From an uncultured virus (IMG/VR IMGVR_UViG_3300037358_000205) (Duplodnaviria; Heunggongvirae; Uroviricota; Caudoviricetes): a stretch of DNA of 34,395 bases. The stretch lies in the IMG/VR virus record IMGVR_UViG_3300037358_000205; one strand, written 5' to 3'. Each line of letters opens with the position of its first letter. Position 1 is the first letter of the stretch. The notes beneath the pieces were generated by a model, which made no database searches, had not been told where the DNA came from, and worked only from the letters and a program-made list of their open reading frames with translations. This document shows positions 15,884 through 25,800 of this stretch, piece by piece. The translations under genes were made by a program, and so were the position numbers.

Positions 15884-17329
15884 TTACTTACTCAACAAGC
15901 GCGAAGCGTAAGCATTGACGCGAAACGCCCTTGCCCATGCCGTACCACTGGCAACGCTTGGCAACGTGCTAGGCAATTGCAGCGTATGACCCGCCCGCAA
16001 GCGCATTGACTTAGCACGAACACACGCAACGGATGGGATCAGCGTTGAGTATTCCGTTTCAACTAATAGGCGAGAAACCCGCTTTGCAGGGTGTGTTTCT
16101 GTCTCCTCTTGCAAGAGCCTCTCTTGATTGCATACCCGCCGCAGACTCGCCCGCCGCTTGGCTACCCTGTCCGCTACGCCCTCCCGACTAATAGGCCGCA
16201 CCCCTTGCCCCTCTTGGACGCCTACACGGTCCAAGAGCCTTTCCCATGCGTCCTCATTAGCTAACGCTTGGAACGCTTTCGGCCCTACGTTATTCCGACT
16301 AATTAGGCGGATGTATTCCAGCGTACTTTGCAGGGTGACGACATCCGCCGCTTGAATGATGATTTCCCCGCCTATCACTTCTTTCTGTAGCCGCTCGATT
16401 GCTTGGCCTAGTGGCGTTTCCGATGGCGAGAGCTTGCGAGGTTTCCACGCTTTCCCTCCCTTGCTCTTGCGTTGTCTTTTTGTCATTGCCTGCCCCTCGC
16501 CCTCGCCCACTTCAAACCCTAGTTTGAGCAATGCTAATGCACCGTTCCCCCGCTTGGATTCATAGACCGCATGAAGCAATGACAGCTTGCGCTCTAGCGT
16601 TGCTTTCCATTCCTTCCCGCTCTCATTCTCCCAATAGACCGCAAGGCGTAAACGGTCATCCTGATAACTCGCCCGCAGTCTCAGCAATGCCGCCGCATTC
16701 ATCCCATTCCCCTTGCCGCTATCCCATAGCAGGTTCCCAACGCACGAACGGCCCGCCGCATAAGCGCGAAGCAATTGGAAGGATGCTTTATCGCTCTTGC
16801 TCTCACCCGGTTTGCCCTCGCCCGCTATCCTATCGTATTGGACGAACTCGCTAACCTCTTCGGCTCCTTTGCCGTAGTGGTAAGACCTAGCCTTGCTCTT
16901 GGCCCTGTCCATTGCAGCCCGATACATAGCGCACCCTTTGGCCGTCCAAATGGTTTGCCTTGAACCATTGCGCCGAGGGAAGAAACCAACGCGGGAATAA
17001 ACGGCCCCTAATTCGTGCCGATATATCGCCTTCATTTCTTCCACCTCGCTAGGTTCCAACGGAATGCCGCTGGATTCCTCGATTTTCCTAGCGCATCGGC
17101 TCGCACCCTCGCCCGCCGCTTTCTCTAGCCGCTTGGCATCTATCGCAGCGTATGACGCTACAGGGTGAAGCAGACTTGCGGCCTTGATTGGCCGAAGCGT
17201 GCGAAGCACGAACAGAACCGCAACCAAACGCGCGAAGCGCGTTTGCCAATTACTACCTAGACGCGCGAAGCGCCTATTTTGCACCCTTGCCCTTGCCCCT
17301 GCCCATTGTTTACTTGCTTTAGCTTTCAT
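15884..17329 (-). CDS. basic hypothetical protein (first gene of the leftward arm)
   Basis: 481 aa, CA-rich leader, followed by a terminator. Confidence 0.7.
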   Translation of the reverse strand: MKAKASKQWAGARARVQNRRFARLGSNWQTRFARLVAVLFVLRTLRPIKAASLLHPVASYAAIDAKRLEKAAGEGASRCARKIEESSGIPLEPSEVEEMKAIYRHELGAVYSRVGFFPRRNGSRQTIWTAKGCAMYRAAMDRAKSKARSYHYGKGAEEVSEFVQYDRIAGEGKPGESKSDKASFQLLRAYAAGRSCVGNLLWDSGKGNGMNAAALLRLRASYQDDRLRLAVYWENESGKEWKATLERKLSLLHAVYESKRGNGALALLKLGFEVGEGEGQAMTKRQRKSKGGKAWKPRKLSPSETPLGQAIERLQKEVIGGEIIIQAADVVTLQSTLEYIRLISRNNVGPKAFQALANEDAWERLLDRVGVQEGQGVRPISREGVADRVAKRRASLRRVCNQERLLQEETETHPAKRVSRLLVETEYSTLIPSVACVRAKSMRLRAGHTLQLPSTLPSVASGTAWARAFRVNAYASRLLSK

Positions 17330-17812
17330 TTGACTTTGTGTGTGTTTGTTTGCTTATGCCGCTTGCGCTTGCCAGTCACTTGCCGACAACGCGCAGGAAG
17401 CACTTTGCCCCTTTATATTCGCCCTTATGTCAAGAGCCGAAAGAGTGGGAAAATGCGCCCGCCCTTTTTAGGATTGGCCCGCTATCGCTTCACGCGTGAA
17501 GCAAGGCCGCAAAATGCGTTTGCCCCTGTATTCATGCGGGAATCACCCCGCGCGAAAGGGTAACTTCCTCTAGGTAGTTTCCTCGCAACCACCCGCCAAG
17601 GGGGATAGGTTACAAGGGGCGGGAAGTGCCACTTCAAACCACCCCAGGCTGTCGAGATCGGCGCGCCTCGCGGGAGCTATTGGCTATCGGCCCCGGATCA
17701 TCGAAAAGTAACTTCCTCGCCCGTGGAGCCGGGTAGGGTCGCCGGGCATGGGGGAGGCCCGCTGGGGCCACACAGCGACCGTGAGGAAGGCGCGAGGCGG
17801 GGGCAGGGGGAT

Positions 17813-18191
17813 TGGAAGCGAGCGGAAGCGCTGCTTCCAAAGATTTGCCCCGGTGCTTCCAGTCCTAACTCTCTTATATTCAATAATTTCATTCAAAAAA
17901 TAAGAAATTGGAAGCAGCGGAAGCTGGAAACATCTCTCGTTAGGGGAAAAAATCGGCGGGCAAGGTGGTGGGCCGAAACAAGTGGGCATGGGGTTTCATT
18001 ACATATTGCGAGATGCTTCAAGAGTGCTTCCATGCTTCCCGTTTTTTGTAAGTGCCACAAATTACGCAAGTAACGATTAAGCTCATGCTTCCAGATGGAA
18101 GCGCCGCGATACCAATTCCGCTACCGCCCGGTACAAATGTACACTTTGGGAGGAGGGCCACTTACCCCCCTTAAAAGTGTACATTTGTACC
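17813..18191. other. candidate replication origin
   Basis: Ten GCTTCC/GGAAGC hexamers in both orientations around an AT-rich core (about 17870-17910), plus a perfect 18-bp inverted repeat at 18130-18147/18174-18191 just past the primase-helicase stop. Confidence 0.55.
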
Positions 18192-18198
18192 CTTTGCC

Positions 18199-21100
18199 CT
18201 AAGTTCCGGCAGTTGTGCCGTTCTCGTCGAGGGCGTCCTTGAGCTGCTCGGCAAAGGGGAATTTCTCAAGGTTGATAACCCATACGCCGTTGTACCGGTG
18301 GCCGTTGAGTGTGGCGCGGTGAATCCGTTGCGTGCCGGCTGGCTCGATCCAGTATTCCTCCTTGGAAATCTCGCGCTGGATGTCGTTCTTCGACAATGGG
18401 GCGGCATCGCCGCGCCTGCGGAGGTCCAGGGCGTACATATCGAAGACTTCGTTGGGGGCGAGGAAGACGGATTCGATACGGGGCGCGCCCGAGAGTTCCA
18501 CAAGGGCGGGGTCGTAGGCCCCCTTTGGACTGAGCACGATGGATTTCTCGGCGAAGAGGCGGCGGTCGATGTTGCCTCGGTTGATTGCGGAGATTACGTC
18601 CGTCCAGAACTTGTTGACCATCGTTTCGTCGTGAACATCGTCGAAGGCCAGGTTCGCGTGTTTGACGGTGTAATTGGCGAATGCGTTCACATCGACGTTG
18701 CTGATATTCAACATTTCCGCAAGCGCCGTGAAGGCGGCATACGCCGCGCCGTGGACGAATCGTGTGCGATCATCAGGGATGCCAAGCTGGGACTGCATCC
18801 ATATCGAGAGATGGCTCGCGAGGTTCTCGTTGAACTCCCTGCGGTTATTCATGAGGTAGCGTCCGATCAGGTGCAGATGGTTGGAGTCCGCCATCATGGT
18901 GCGGAAAAGCGAGACATTGCCCTCGCCTTGGCGACGGCGGCGGCTTGTGGCGATCAGGGCGTGAACGTACCGGGAACGGGTTGCGGCATCCGGCGAGGAC
19001 ATTTCGCCCGAGACGATGGGGGTGGTAAGTGCTCGGACGGTGTTCGTTTTCGTCGTGGAGTCCATGCGGCCCTTGGAGCCGGAGGATCTGTCGAACGCGC
19101 CGCGGAGCACGGCTTCCTTGAGGTCGATGTCGGGGATGTTGCGGCGATACTCGTCAAACCAAAGGGGTATGTCGGAGTATTGGGTGAGGTTGCGCGTCAT
19201 GCCCACGGCGGTCGTGGTCTTGTCGAGCCGGATGCCCTGTAGTTCCTTGAAGCCCCATATCCGCATGAGCCACCGGGCGACGGTCGTTTTGCCGCCCCCA
19301 CGCTTGCCGTAGAGCCAGAGGCCGGGCATCCCGCCATAGTCGCGATAAACCTGCTGGGCGGCGGCGTAGAGCAAGCTCATGCCGACACAGAGCAGGCCGT
19401 CATAATCGCCCACGGTGTCGAAGATGCCTTCCGAGAAGCGTTGAAAAAGTAACTTTATGTCGATTTTGTCATCACCTGGCCGCTCGGCAAGCAGGGGTGC
19501 GCCTTGCTGGAATCCCTCGCCTACGAGAGCGGCGTCAATATCGACCTGATAGCCCATGCCACCATGCCAGAAGATATTGTTGGCGTCGGGGAGAAGTACC
19601 TCGCCGTCCGGCGCCCATGCGCAATCTCCGAAGAAGGTAATTTTTGAGTTTGGATCGAATCCGTAGTGAGGGATTTCGAATATGTTGCGGTGTGCTGATA
19701 GGTGTTTCATGTCTTCTGTTAGGTTTTGTAGGTCTTTTTCTCCTCCCCGCCATACGGCAACGCCTTGGGTGCGTTCTAGGCACCAAACGCGGAACTCCGC
19801 GAGGCGTCCGTTGCTTTCGGCGGGCAGGGGAAGAAGGCTGGTTTTTTCGCCTTGGGTGTTTTCGATTCGGATAAGTCGCTCTGTCTTATGGTCCGCCGTG
19901 TGGCGACAGTATTCACACTTGGCGGTAAAGTTGGAAATGGCCTCGGGAGTGCCTTCCTCGATCAATTCGGTGAGGAGCCGGCGCTCAAGGGTCATGCGCG
20001 CGATCATCGCCTCGATGGATTCCATGCCCGCTGCGGTCTTTTCGCCCCGGCGATTCTGGAGATCTGCGATATTACCGCTGAGAGCCGCCCTTGATTTGAT
20101 GTACGACACCTTCACTTTGTCGGGGGTGACTTTCAGGACGTAGTAAGTGCCGATCACGGAACGCAGCGCGGCGGTCATCTTCTGCGCCATTATCTGCATC
20201 GAGACGGTGGAGAGCTTGCCGATGCGGTCGAGACGCCGTGCGAGCTTTTCCTGAACGTCGCCGCCCGATTTAAGGAGGGGTGTATGCCAAAGGTTTTCGA
20301 GGCGGGTGCCGATGATCGTTTGCGCGACATCGGGGAAGAGGTCGAGGAAGTCGTTTGGGGCCTGTGCTTCGAGTAGAACCTTTTCAAATTCCTGACTGGC
20401 TCGCGCGGTGCCGTGGATCACGCCTTCCTTCCTGACGAACATCGCGAGGGCGGTGTCCCAATCCACCTTTCCCGTGTCCACGCCGTTGTCGTCGAGACGC
20501 CATTCGTCGCGGAGGTTGCCGATCTGAACCTCGTCGAGCATGGCGGAGCGCGGGCTGCGTTTGATGAGGTCCCAGGCGATATACCGCGCCCAAATGACGT
20601 GCCAATAGCGGTCGAAGGGGTCGGCTTTGTAACTCGGCATCCCGGGCTTGTCCTTAATCTCGTTGTCGAAGACGACGATCACGCGCTGGATGCCGAATCG
20701 CTCGAGTATTGAGACGAGGCGGGCGCGAAAGATGGGGTTGCGAACAAAGGAAGTGCCGGGGATGCCGATGGCGGGAAACCCGGCCTGCCAGATAGCGGCG
20801 GCCTTGAACTCGGATTCCGTGAGAACAAGAGTCCTGTAAAGGGGGGAGCCGTGGTCGAAGTTTTCGAGGCGGGTTTCGATGAGAAGCGGGCAGTAAATAT
20901 CGCCCCCGCAAAACTCGTCATCGTCCTTGTCTCGCTTGGGGATGCCGCCCTTGTGAGGGCGGATGGAGGTTACTGTTCCATTGGCATCGCGGTAGGGGAT
21001 GAGGACGGGGTTTGTCGCGCCCCACTCCGCTTTGCCTTTGGTGTCTTTCTTTCCCGTGATGCCCCAGCCGGTAAATTGGTTGAATGGTGCCATACCCCCG

Positions 21101-21867
21101 GCTGGCGTTTTCACGAAGAGTCCGCTGTCGAGGAGCTGATGGGGTGGAAACTTGTCGCGGAGGCTGTTGATGATCTCGATGTTGGCGGCGTTGCTGGATT
21201 TGAAACCGAGCGTGTCTATCGTCTGATCGCTGAATCCTCGCTTGGTTTTCAGGCGCTCGCGGTCGGCGTTGGTCAGCAGGAGGAGCGGGTGAAGCGTGGC
21301 CCAAATATCCTTGGTGTCGGGGCCTTTGGGCGGCGGTGGTGGTGGCGGCTTGGCTCCCGTGCTACTCCCCTGGAGGAAGGGGACGACATTGGCGGGCTCC
21401 GGCTCCGGTTGTGCTTCGGGTTGCGGCTGGAACAAGGTTTCCAGCGGGGGTTGTGGTGCAGGTTGCGCTACAGGCTCGGATTCCGGGGCGGCTTGTGGTG
21501 CAGGTTGCACTACAGGAGACGGGGCCTTCTCGATCACGACTCCGGCGAGTTCGAGGAACCGCATGTACGCCGCTTTGCGGTCGGGGAGATTCTCCATGCG
21601 TTGGATGAGGCCGATTTCATCCATCGCCTTGTTCGCCTCGCAGGGCGTGGGGCGGTCAATCTGGCATTTTACCAGCCACTTGCCGTCCACCTTCTTCGTG
21701 AAGGCGGAAAACTTCCCATTGCGGCCACAGAAGGGGCACGGCTCCTTCTTGTAATTGCCGCCGTGTTTTGGGGGCAGGAATTGCCCCATGCTGTAATGCG
21801 CGAGGACGCGCGGCATCGGCCAAGAGGCGAGGGCCTCTTCGTAGGCAGACGTGGAATCGAACGCCAT
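18199..21867 (-). CDS. primase-helicase (Zn finger, TOPRIM/DUF3854-like primase and P-loop helicase; P4 alpha-like)
   Basis: CPFC...C zinc-binding N-terminus, Pro-rich linker, LTESEFKAAA...AIGIPG...VVFDNE (TOPRIM), Walker A GKRGGGKTT, Walker B LWFDEY. Confidence 0.85.
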   Translation of the reverse strand: MAFDSTSAYEEALASWPMPRVLAHYSMGQFLPPKHGGNYKKEPCPFCGRNGKFSAFTKKVDGKWLVKCQIDRPTPCEANKAMDEIGLIQRMENLPDRKAAYMRFLELAGVVIEKAPSPVVQPAPQAAPESEPVAQPAPQPPLETLFQPQPEAQPEPEPANVVPFLQGSSTGAKPPPPPPPKGPDTKDIWATLHPLLLLTNADRERLKTKRGFSDQTIDTLGFKSSNAANIEIINSLRDKFPPHQLLDSGLFVKTPAGGMAPFNQFTGWGITGKKDTKGKAEWGATNPVLIPYRDANGTVTSIRPHKGGIPKRDKDDDEFCGGDIYCPLLIETRLENFDHGSPLYRTLVLTESEFKAAAIWQAGFPAIGIPGTSFVRNPIFRARLVSILERFGIQRVIVVFDNEIKDKPGMPSYKADPFDRYWHVIWARYIAWDLIKRSPRSAMLDEVQIGNLRDEWRLDDNGVDTGKVDWDTALAMFVRKEGVIHGTARASQEFEKVLLEAQAPNDFLDLFPDVAQTIIGTRLENLWHTPLLKSGGDVQEKLARRLDRIGKLSTVSMQIMAQKMTAALRSVIGTYYVLKVTPDKVKVSYIKSRAALSGNIADLQNRRGEKTAAGMESIEAMIARMTLERRLLTELIEEGTPEAISNFTAKCEYCRHTADHKTERLIRIENTQGEKTSLLPLPAESNGRLAEFRVWCLERTQGVAVWRGGEKDLQNLTEDMKHLSAHRNIFEIPHYGFDPNSKITFFGDCAWAPDGEVLLPDANNIFWHGGMGYQVDIDAALVGEGFQQGAPLLAERPGDDKIDIKLLFQRFSEGIFDTVGDYDGLLCVGMSLLYAAAQQVYRDYGGMPGLWLYGKRGGGKTTVARWLMRIWGFKELQGIRLDKTTTAVGMTRNLTQYSDIPLWFDEYRRNIPDIDLKEAVLRGAFDRSSGSKGRMDSTTKTNTVRALTTPIVSGEMSSPDAATRSRYVHALIATSRRRRQGEGNVSLFRTMMADSNHLHLIGRYLMNNRREFNENLASHLSIWMQSQLGIPDDRTRFVHGAAYAAFTALAEMLNISNVDVNAFANYTVKHANLAFDDVHDETMVNKFWTDVISAINRGNIDRRLFAEKSIVLSPKGAYDPALVELSGAPRIESVFLAPNEVFDMYALDLRRRGDAAPLSKNDIQREISKEEYWIEPAGTQRIHRATLNGHRYNGVWVINLEKFPFAEQLKDALDENGTTAGT

Positions 21868-22071
21868 TTATCCCCTCGTCGTGTGGCTGGGGCGCTTGAA
21901 TGGTCCGAGTTGTTCAACAACGGACGGGTCGTAGCGCGCCCCACCCACTGAGAGACGAAGGGAGGGTTTGATGCCCTTGGCGCGAATGCGCCGCTGGACG
22001 GTCATTGTGGTGCGGTTAATAAGGACAGCGATTTGTCCTACCGAAAGGAGGGGGGAGATTTCGTCAGCCAT
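21868..22071 (-). CDS. small HTH DNA-binding protein (AlpA/excisionase-like)
   Basis: LLSVGQIAVLINRTTMTVQRRIR...ARYD; abuts the primase start. Confidence 0.65.
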   Translation of the reverse strand: MADEISPLLSVGQIAVLINRTTMTVQRRIRAKGIKPSLRLSVGGARYDPSVVEQLGPFKRPSHTTRG

Positions 22072-22159
22072 GATGTGCGTGGGCAAACGTTCTATGGCGA
22101 ACACCCTTGGCGGGCAAGAAGGATTTGCAATTTTGTCTCTGTGACGTAAAAAGCCATCC

Positions 22160-22801
22160 ATGAACCCCTACATTATCGGAGCGTGGGATGGCTCCCATCT
22201 CTGGCTCCAATGGACGCCAGTTCCCAAGGCCAAGGGTTACTTGGTGCGCGTGCGATACCGGCGACCGTCCTGTAAGGCAGGGAGCAAGCGGTGGGGTGCA
22301 TGGATCAGGCTGGGCGCTGGCCTGATTACCGAGCCGTCCATGAAGGTGACGGCGCACAAGGATGGATGGGAGGCGCAAGCGCAGGTTGCGTGCTTCGGCT
22401 CGAAGAAGTGGGAGAATGCGACGCCCGCGGAATTTTCGCGGAGCCGGTGCGAGTTCGAATTCGCGAGCCGGGGGCGAAAAGTTACTTTTCAGGCCGGGGA
22501 GACGATTCATTGCATCGTCAAGGGCGAGTCATGCGCCTACCGCTTTCGCGAGGGGTTTGAGCTTCCAGAGGGCGGCAAGTGTACGGCGGTCCTTGAGGCT
22601 GTCCGATCCGCGCCGGGGAATCGGCTGGAGCGCGCGGGCGACTTCCGGATTGCACCCGCCTTCGACCTCGAAATCCGAAATGTTGGCCCGAGTGAAAATG
22701 ACGTGGCGGTGATTCAAGAGAGCGTGGCGAAGATCCACCCCGTGACTCCCGATGGGGAGATGACGGCCGCATTTGGTTCGCTGCCGAGGCGCTCGATATG
22801 A
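22160..22801 (+). CDS. hypothetical protein with an FnIII-like N-terminus (possible virion protein)
   Basis: LQWTPVPKAKGYLVRVR resembles FnIII strands; ATGA overlap with the next gene. Confidence 0.55.
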   Translation: MNPYIIGAWDGSHLWLQWTPVPKAKGYLVRVRYRRPSCKAGSKRWGAWIRLGAGLITEPSMKVTAHKDGWEAQAQVACFGSKKWENATPAEFSRSRCEFEFASRGRKVTFQAGETIHCIVKGESCAYRFREGFELPEGGKCTAVLEAVRSAPGNRLERAGDFRIAPAFDLEIRNVGPSENDVAVIQESVAKIHPVTPDGEMTAAFGSLPRRSI

Positions 22802-25800
22802 ATTTCGCCGGCGGGGTTGTAAAATCAGCACGCTTCACTCAAGCGTGGGGCGCATCGCCGGGGTCGGGGACATTGGAGGTCCTGGGGAAGATGGAAGTGA
22901 ATGTGTCGGTCGCGGTGGCGTTCACGCTGGGGTCGGTGACGATTAACGGCGTGGTCAAGAAGGCGGAAAAGAAAGAGCAGGGAGAGGGAGGCAGGCTTTG
23001 GGATATAACGGTCGCGGACAACCGGGAACTGCTTTCATGGGACCATCTGGAGTGCATGTTCAACATGGTGGAGATTGTCGAGGAGAAGGTGGATCAACCG
23101 GGGGTGCATCGGAGCAAGCGGTATTACTCGGTTTACCCGGATGATTGGAAGGCGCTCAAGAGGACTTACACGACCGACAAGAAGGGGAAGGCCCGGGCGC
23201 TGACGGCCAAAGAGATTCTTGATGCGATCTTCAAGGCCAAGGGCATCCGTTATGATTTCACCTTTGAGGATCACAAGAATCTAGCGAAGGCGCCGCAAGC
23301 GGTGGATGCGCAGAACGGGAAAGAGGTAAGTGCGCTGGTGCAGGAGGTCTTGGACAAAGTTGGGCTCCTGATGACTATAAAGGGGATGAATCTGTCGTTC
23401 TGCGTGAAGGGGGAGGGGCAGGAGCCGGAGAAGAAGGAATACTCCGAGTCGATCACGACCGGCGAGGCGCTGTCCAACAACGCGACCCAGGTGCGGATTA
23501 TCGGGGACCGCAATCTCTATCAGGATTTGCCGGTTAAGTTGAATCCGAGTTGGAATCGCAAGTGGGAAGATTTCGTGTTCGAGCCGGATTGGTTGGAGGC
23601 GGTCGAAAAGCATTTCGGGCCGTATGCGAGCGATATGGTGGGACGCGCGGAGCGTGTGCTGAAATCCCGGCAAGTTACCGTCAGAGAGTTTTGCGCGAAG
23701 AAGAAGGGCAAACGTTTCGAGGATTTTGGGAAATGGGGAGAGGTAAGCAGGATGGAGATTCCCGCATGGGTGTACCTGCAAGAAATCGTATGGAAGGCGT
23801 ATGAGATTGACCGCGCCTTTAAGTTGAACGGGCTTGATCTTTTCTCGCTGGAATTGAAGGAGGGGTTGCTGAGGGCGGTGACTTTCGATGTGAAGGGCAA
23901 GCTCTCTTATGCGAAGCCGGAGGAGCTTTACCCGGACACGAAGGCTTTCATCATCATGAAGGGCCAGCCGATTGACCTTACCGATCCGTCAAAGACGGAC
24001 GTGCTGGACCCGAAGCAATTCGAGCACTTGAAGGAGTTGTGGTGGAGCGCGAATCGGTTTCACCTGGACCCGAAGAATTACGCGGTGATTTTCGAGGACC
24101 CGATCTTTGTTCCCACCTGTAAAAAGGGCGGGGGCGGCGGTAGTAGTAGTGGCAGTAACAGCCACAGCGGCGGCGGTGGCAGCAACAGCCAAGACAGCGA
24201 GAGTCAGAGCGGAAGCCAACATACCGGGCAAGAGTTGACTCGCCTTCTCGATCCGGCTACCCCTGAGTTTGAAGGTGTGGATAGTGCCGGTGGCGGAAGC
24301 GGCGGCGATGGAAGCGGGAATGGAGCCGGTGGAAACGGGGAGAGTGCCGGATGGTCAACCGGGCTGGGAAGCAGCTATGGCGGCAATGGAAGGGCGGGCA
24401 AGGCGAAGAATAATTGCTCGCTGTTCATTTATCCAAACCAAGCCCTGCCGGCGAGCCATCCGGCGCGAAACATCGTGGTGCCAAACGCGGATGCCGAGTT
24501 CCAGCCAGCGGAAATCCGGGGTTCGTTTTGCTTTGCCGGGGAGAAGTTTTCCAAGGAGTTCGGGGCTGGGCACAAGCATGGGGCCGTCTCCGTGCCGGGT
24601 ATCGGTTATCACGCGCTGATGGAGGAGGGCGCATGGAAAGAGGAGGTCAAGTATGCGGATGACGAGGGCGCTGAGAAAAAGGCGAAAGATGCAGCGGAGG
24701 CGTACACGGACAAGCAGCAAACCTACAAGGATGGCGGGTTGGTGAACAAGGGGGTGTGCGCGACGGAATTGAACGGGGCGATTGACCGCGCGACTTACTC
24801 GCTGAGCACGCGAGGGCTTGAGGAAACGCTTGAGTACGCGAAGGAACGCGCGCCGAGTAACTTTGAAAACGAGCGGGAATTGGAGCGGCAGAAAGAGCAG
24901 GGAGAGTTATTTCCGGGGCAGAGAGCCGAGAGGCAGGAAGTGGATGAATTGAGTTATTGGGCGCGGATACTCAAGGCCATGAAGCAGGGGCAGCAAGCGA
25001 AGCCCTACCTGAACCTGAATGATATTCTTTTGAAGCCGCCAGGGGCGATTCATTGCTCCCCTACGGTGGTTTATCCGTCCAAGCCGGTGAACGCCGGGGA
25101 TTGCATTTTTAAGGACGGCCAGAAGGTCGATGACAAGGGCGATGCGTTCGTGGGGGTCGTGACGTGCAAGATTTCGAGCAAGATGGCTGTTCCGGTGGCG
25201 ACACAGGGAATTGTGCCCGTGAGGATAAGCGGCCCGGTGGAAGCGGGTGATGCCGTGGGCTGCGAGCCGGGCACCCGTGTAGCCACGGCTGCAACGCCGA
25301 GTACAAGGCCGGTGGGCGTCGTTACGATGAGCTATGACGGGAAGCATGGCGAAGTGCTCCTGCCTACCAGATTGGGGGCTGCTGGACCGATGGCGCGGAC
25401 GCCTTATGAGGTTTTGCCGGTATTGGATAAGAAGGGGAAGGTCACGAAGCTCAAGGTGTGGAAGGAGAGCTTTCTACTCGTGAGCGCCAACAAGAAGGCG
25501 TACACGCAAACCATTTCGGGGCTGGGCAAATCATTCAGTGTAGGGAAGAAGGGGGACAAGATTTACATGCGGTTGAAGGTCACGGATGACAATTCGACCG
25601 ATAACGTGGATCAATTCGCGGTCCCCTCCCAGGCGAAGATTATGCACGGGCCTGCGTGGACCCATTTCCCCGACCCTATCGAGATCAAGCAGGGGAAAAG
25701 CAAGGATAGGTGGGATAAAAACTCTAAGCAAAGTTACTTTTACCAGATCATTGCGGAGTTGGTTGACGTGGATGATTCCCGGCCCGGATTCGTGATACCG

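Larger units (their letters stand above)
1051..17502. repeat. dispersed 16-bp palindrome GCTTCACGCGTGAAGC, 17 copies
   Basis: Perfect copies start at 1051, 8660, 10069, 10542, 11598, 12641, 13159, 13299, 13616, 14176, 14240, 14288 and 17487. Variants are at 5121 (..TGAATC), 6757 (GATTCA..), and 15686 and 15732 (core CCCG). None seen to the right of 17502. Confidence 0.95.

Noticed and set aside
17405..17435. sigma70 promoter TTGACA...TATAAA upstream of the 17329 gene
   Set aside because: The two boxes are only 10 nt apart, which does not fit canonical spacing.
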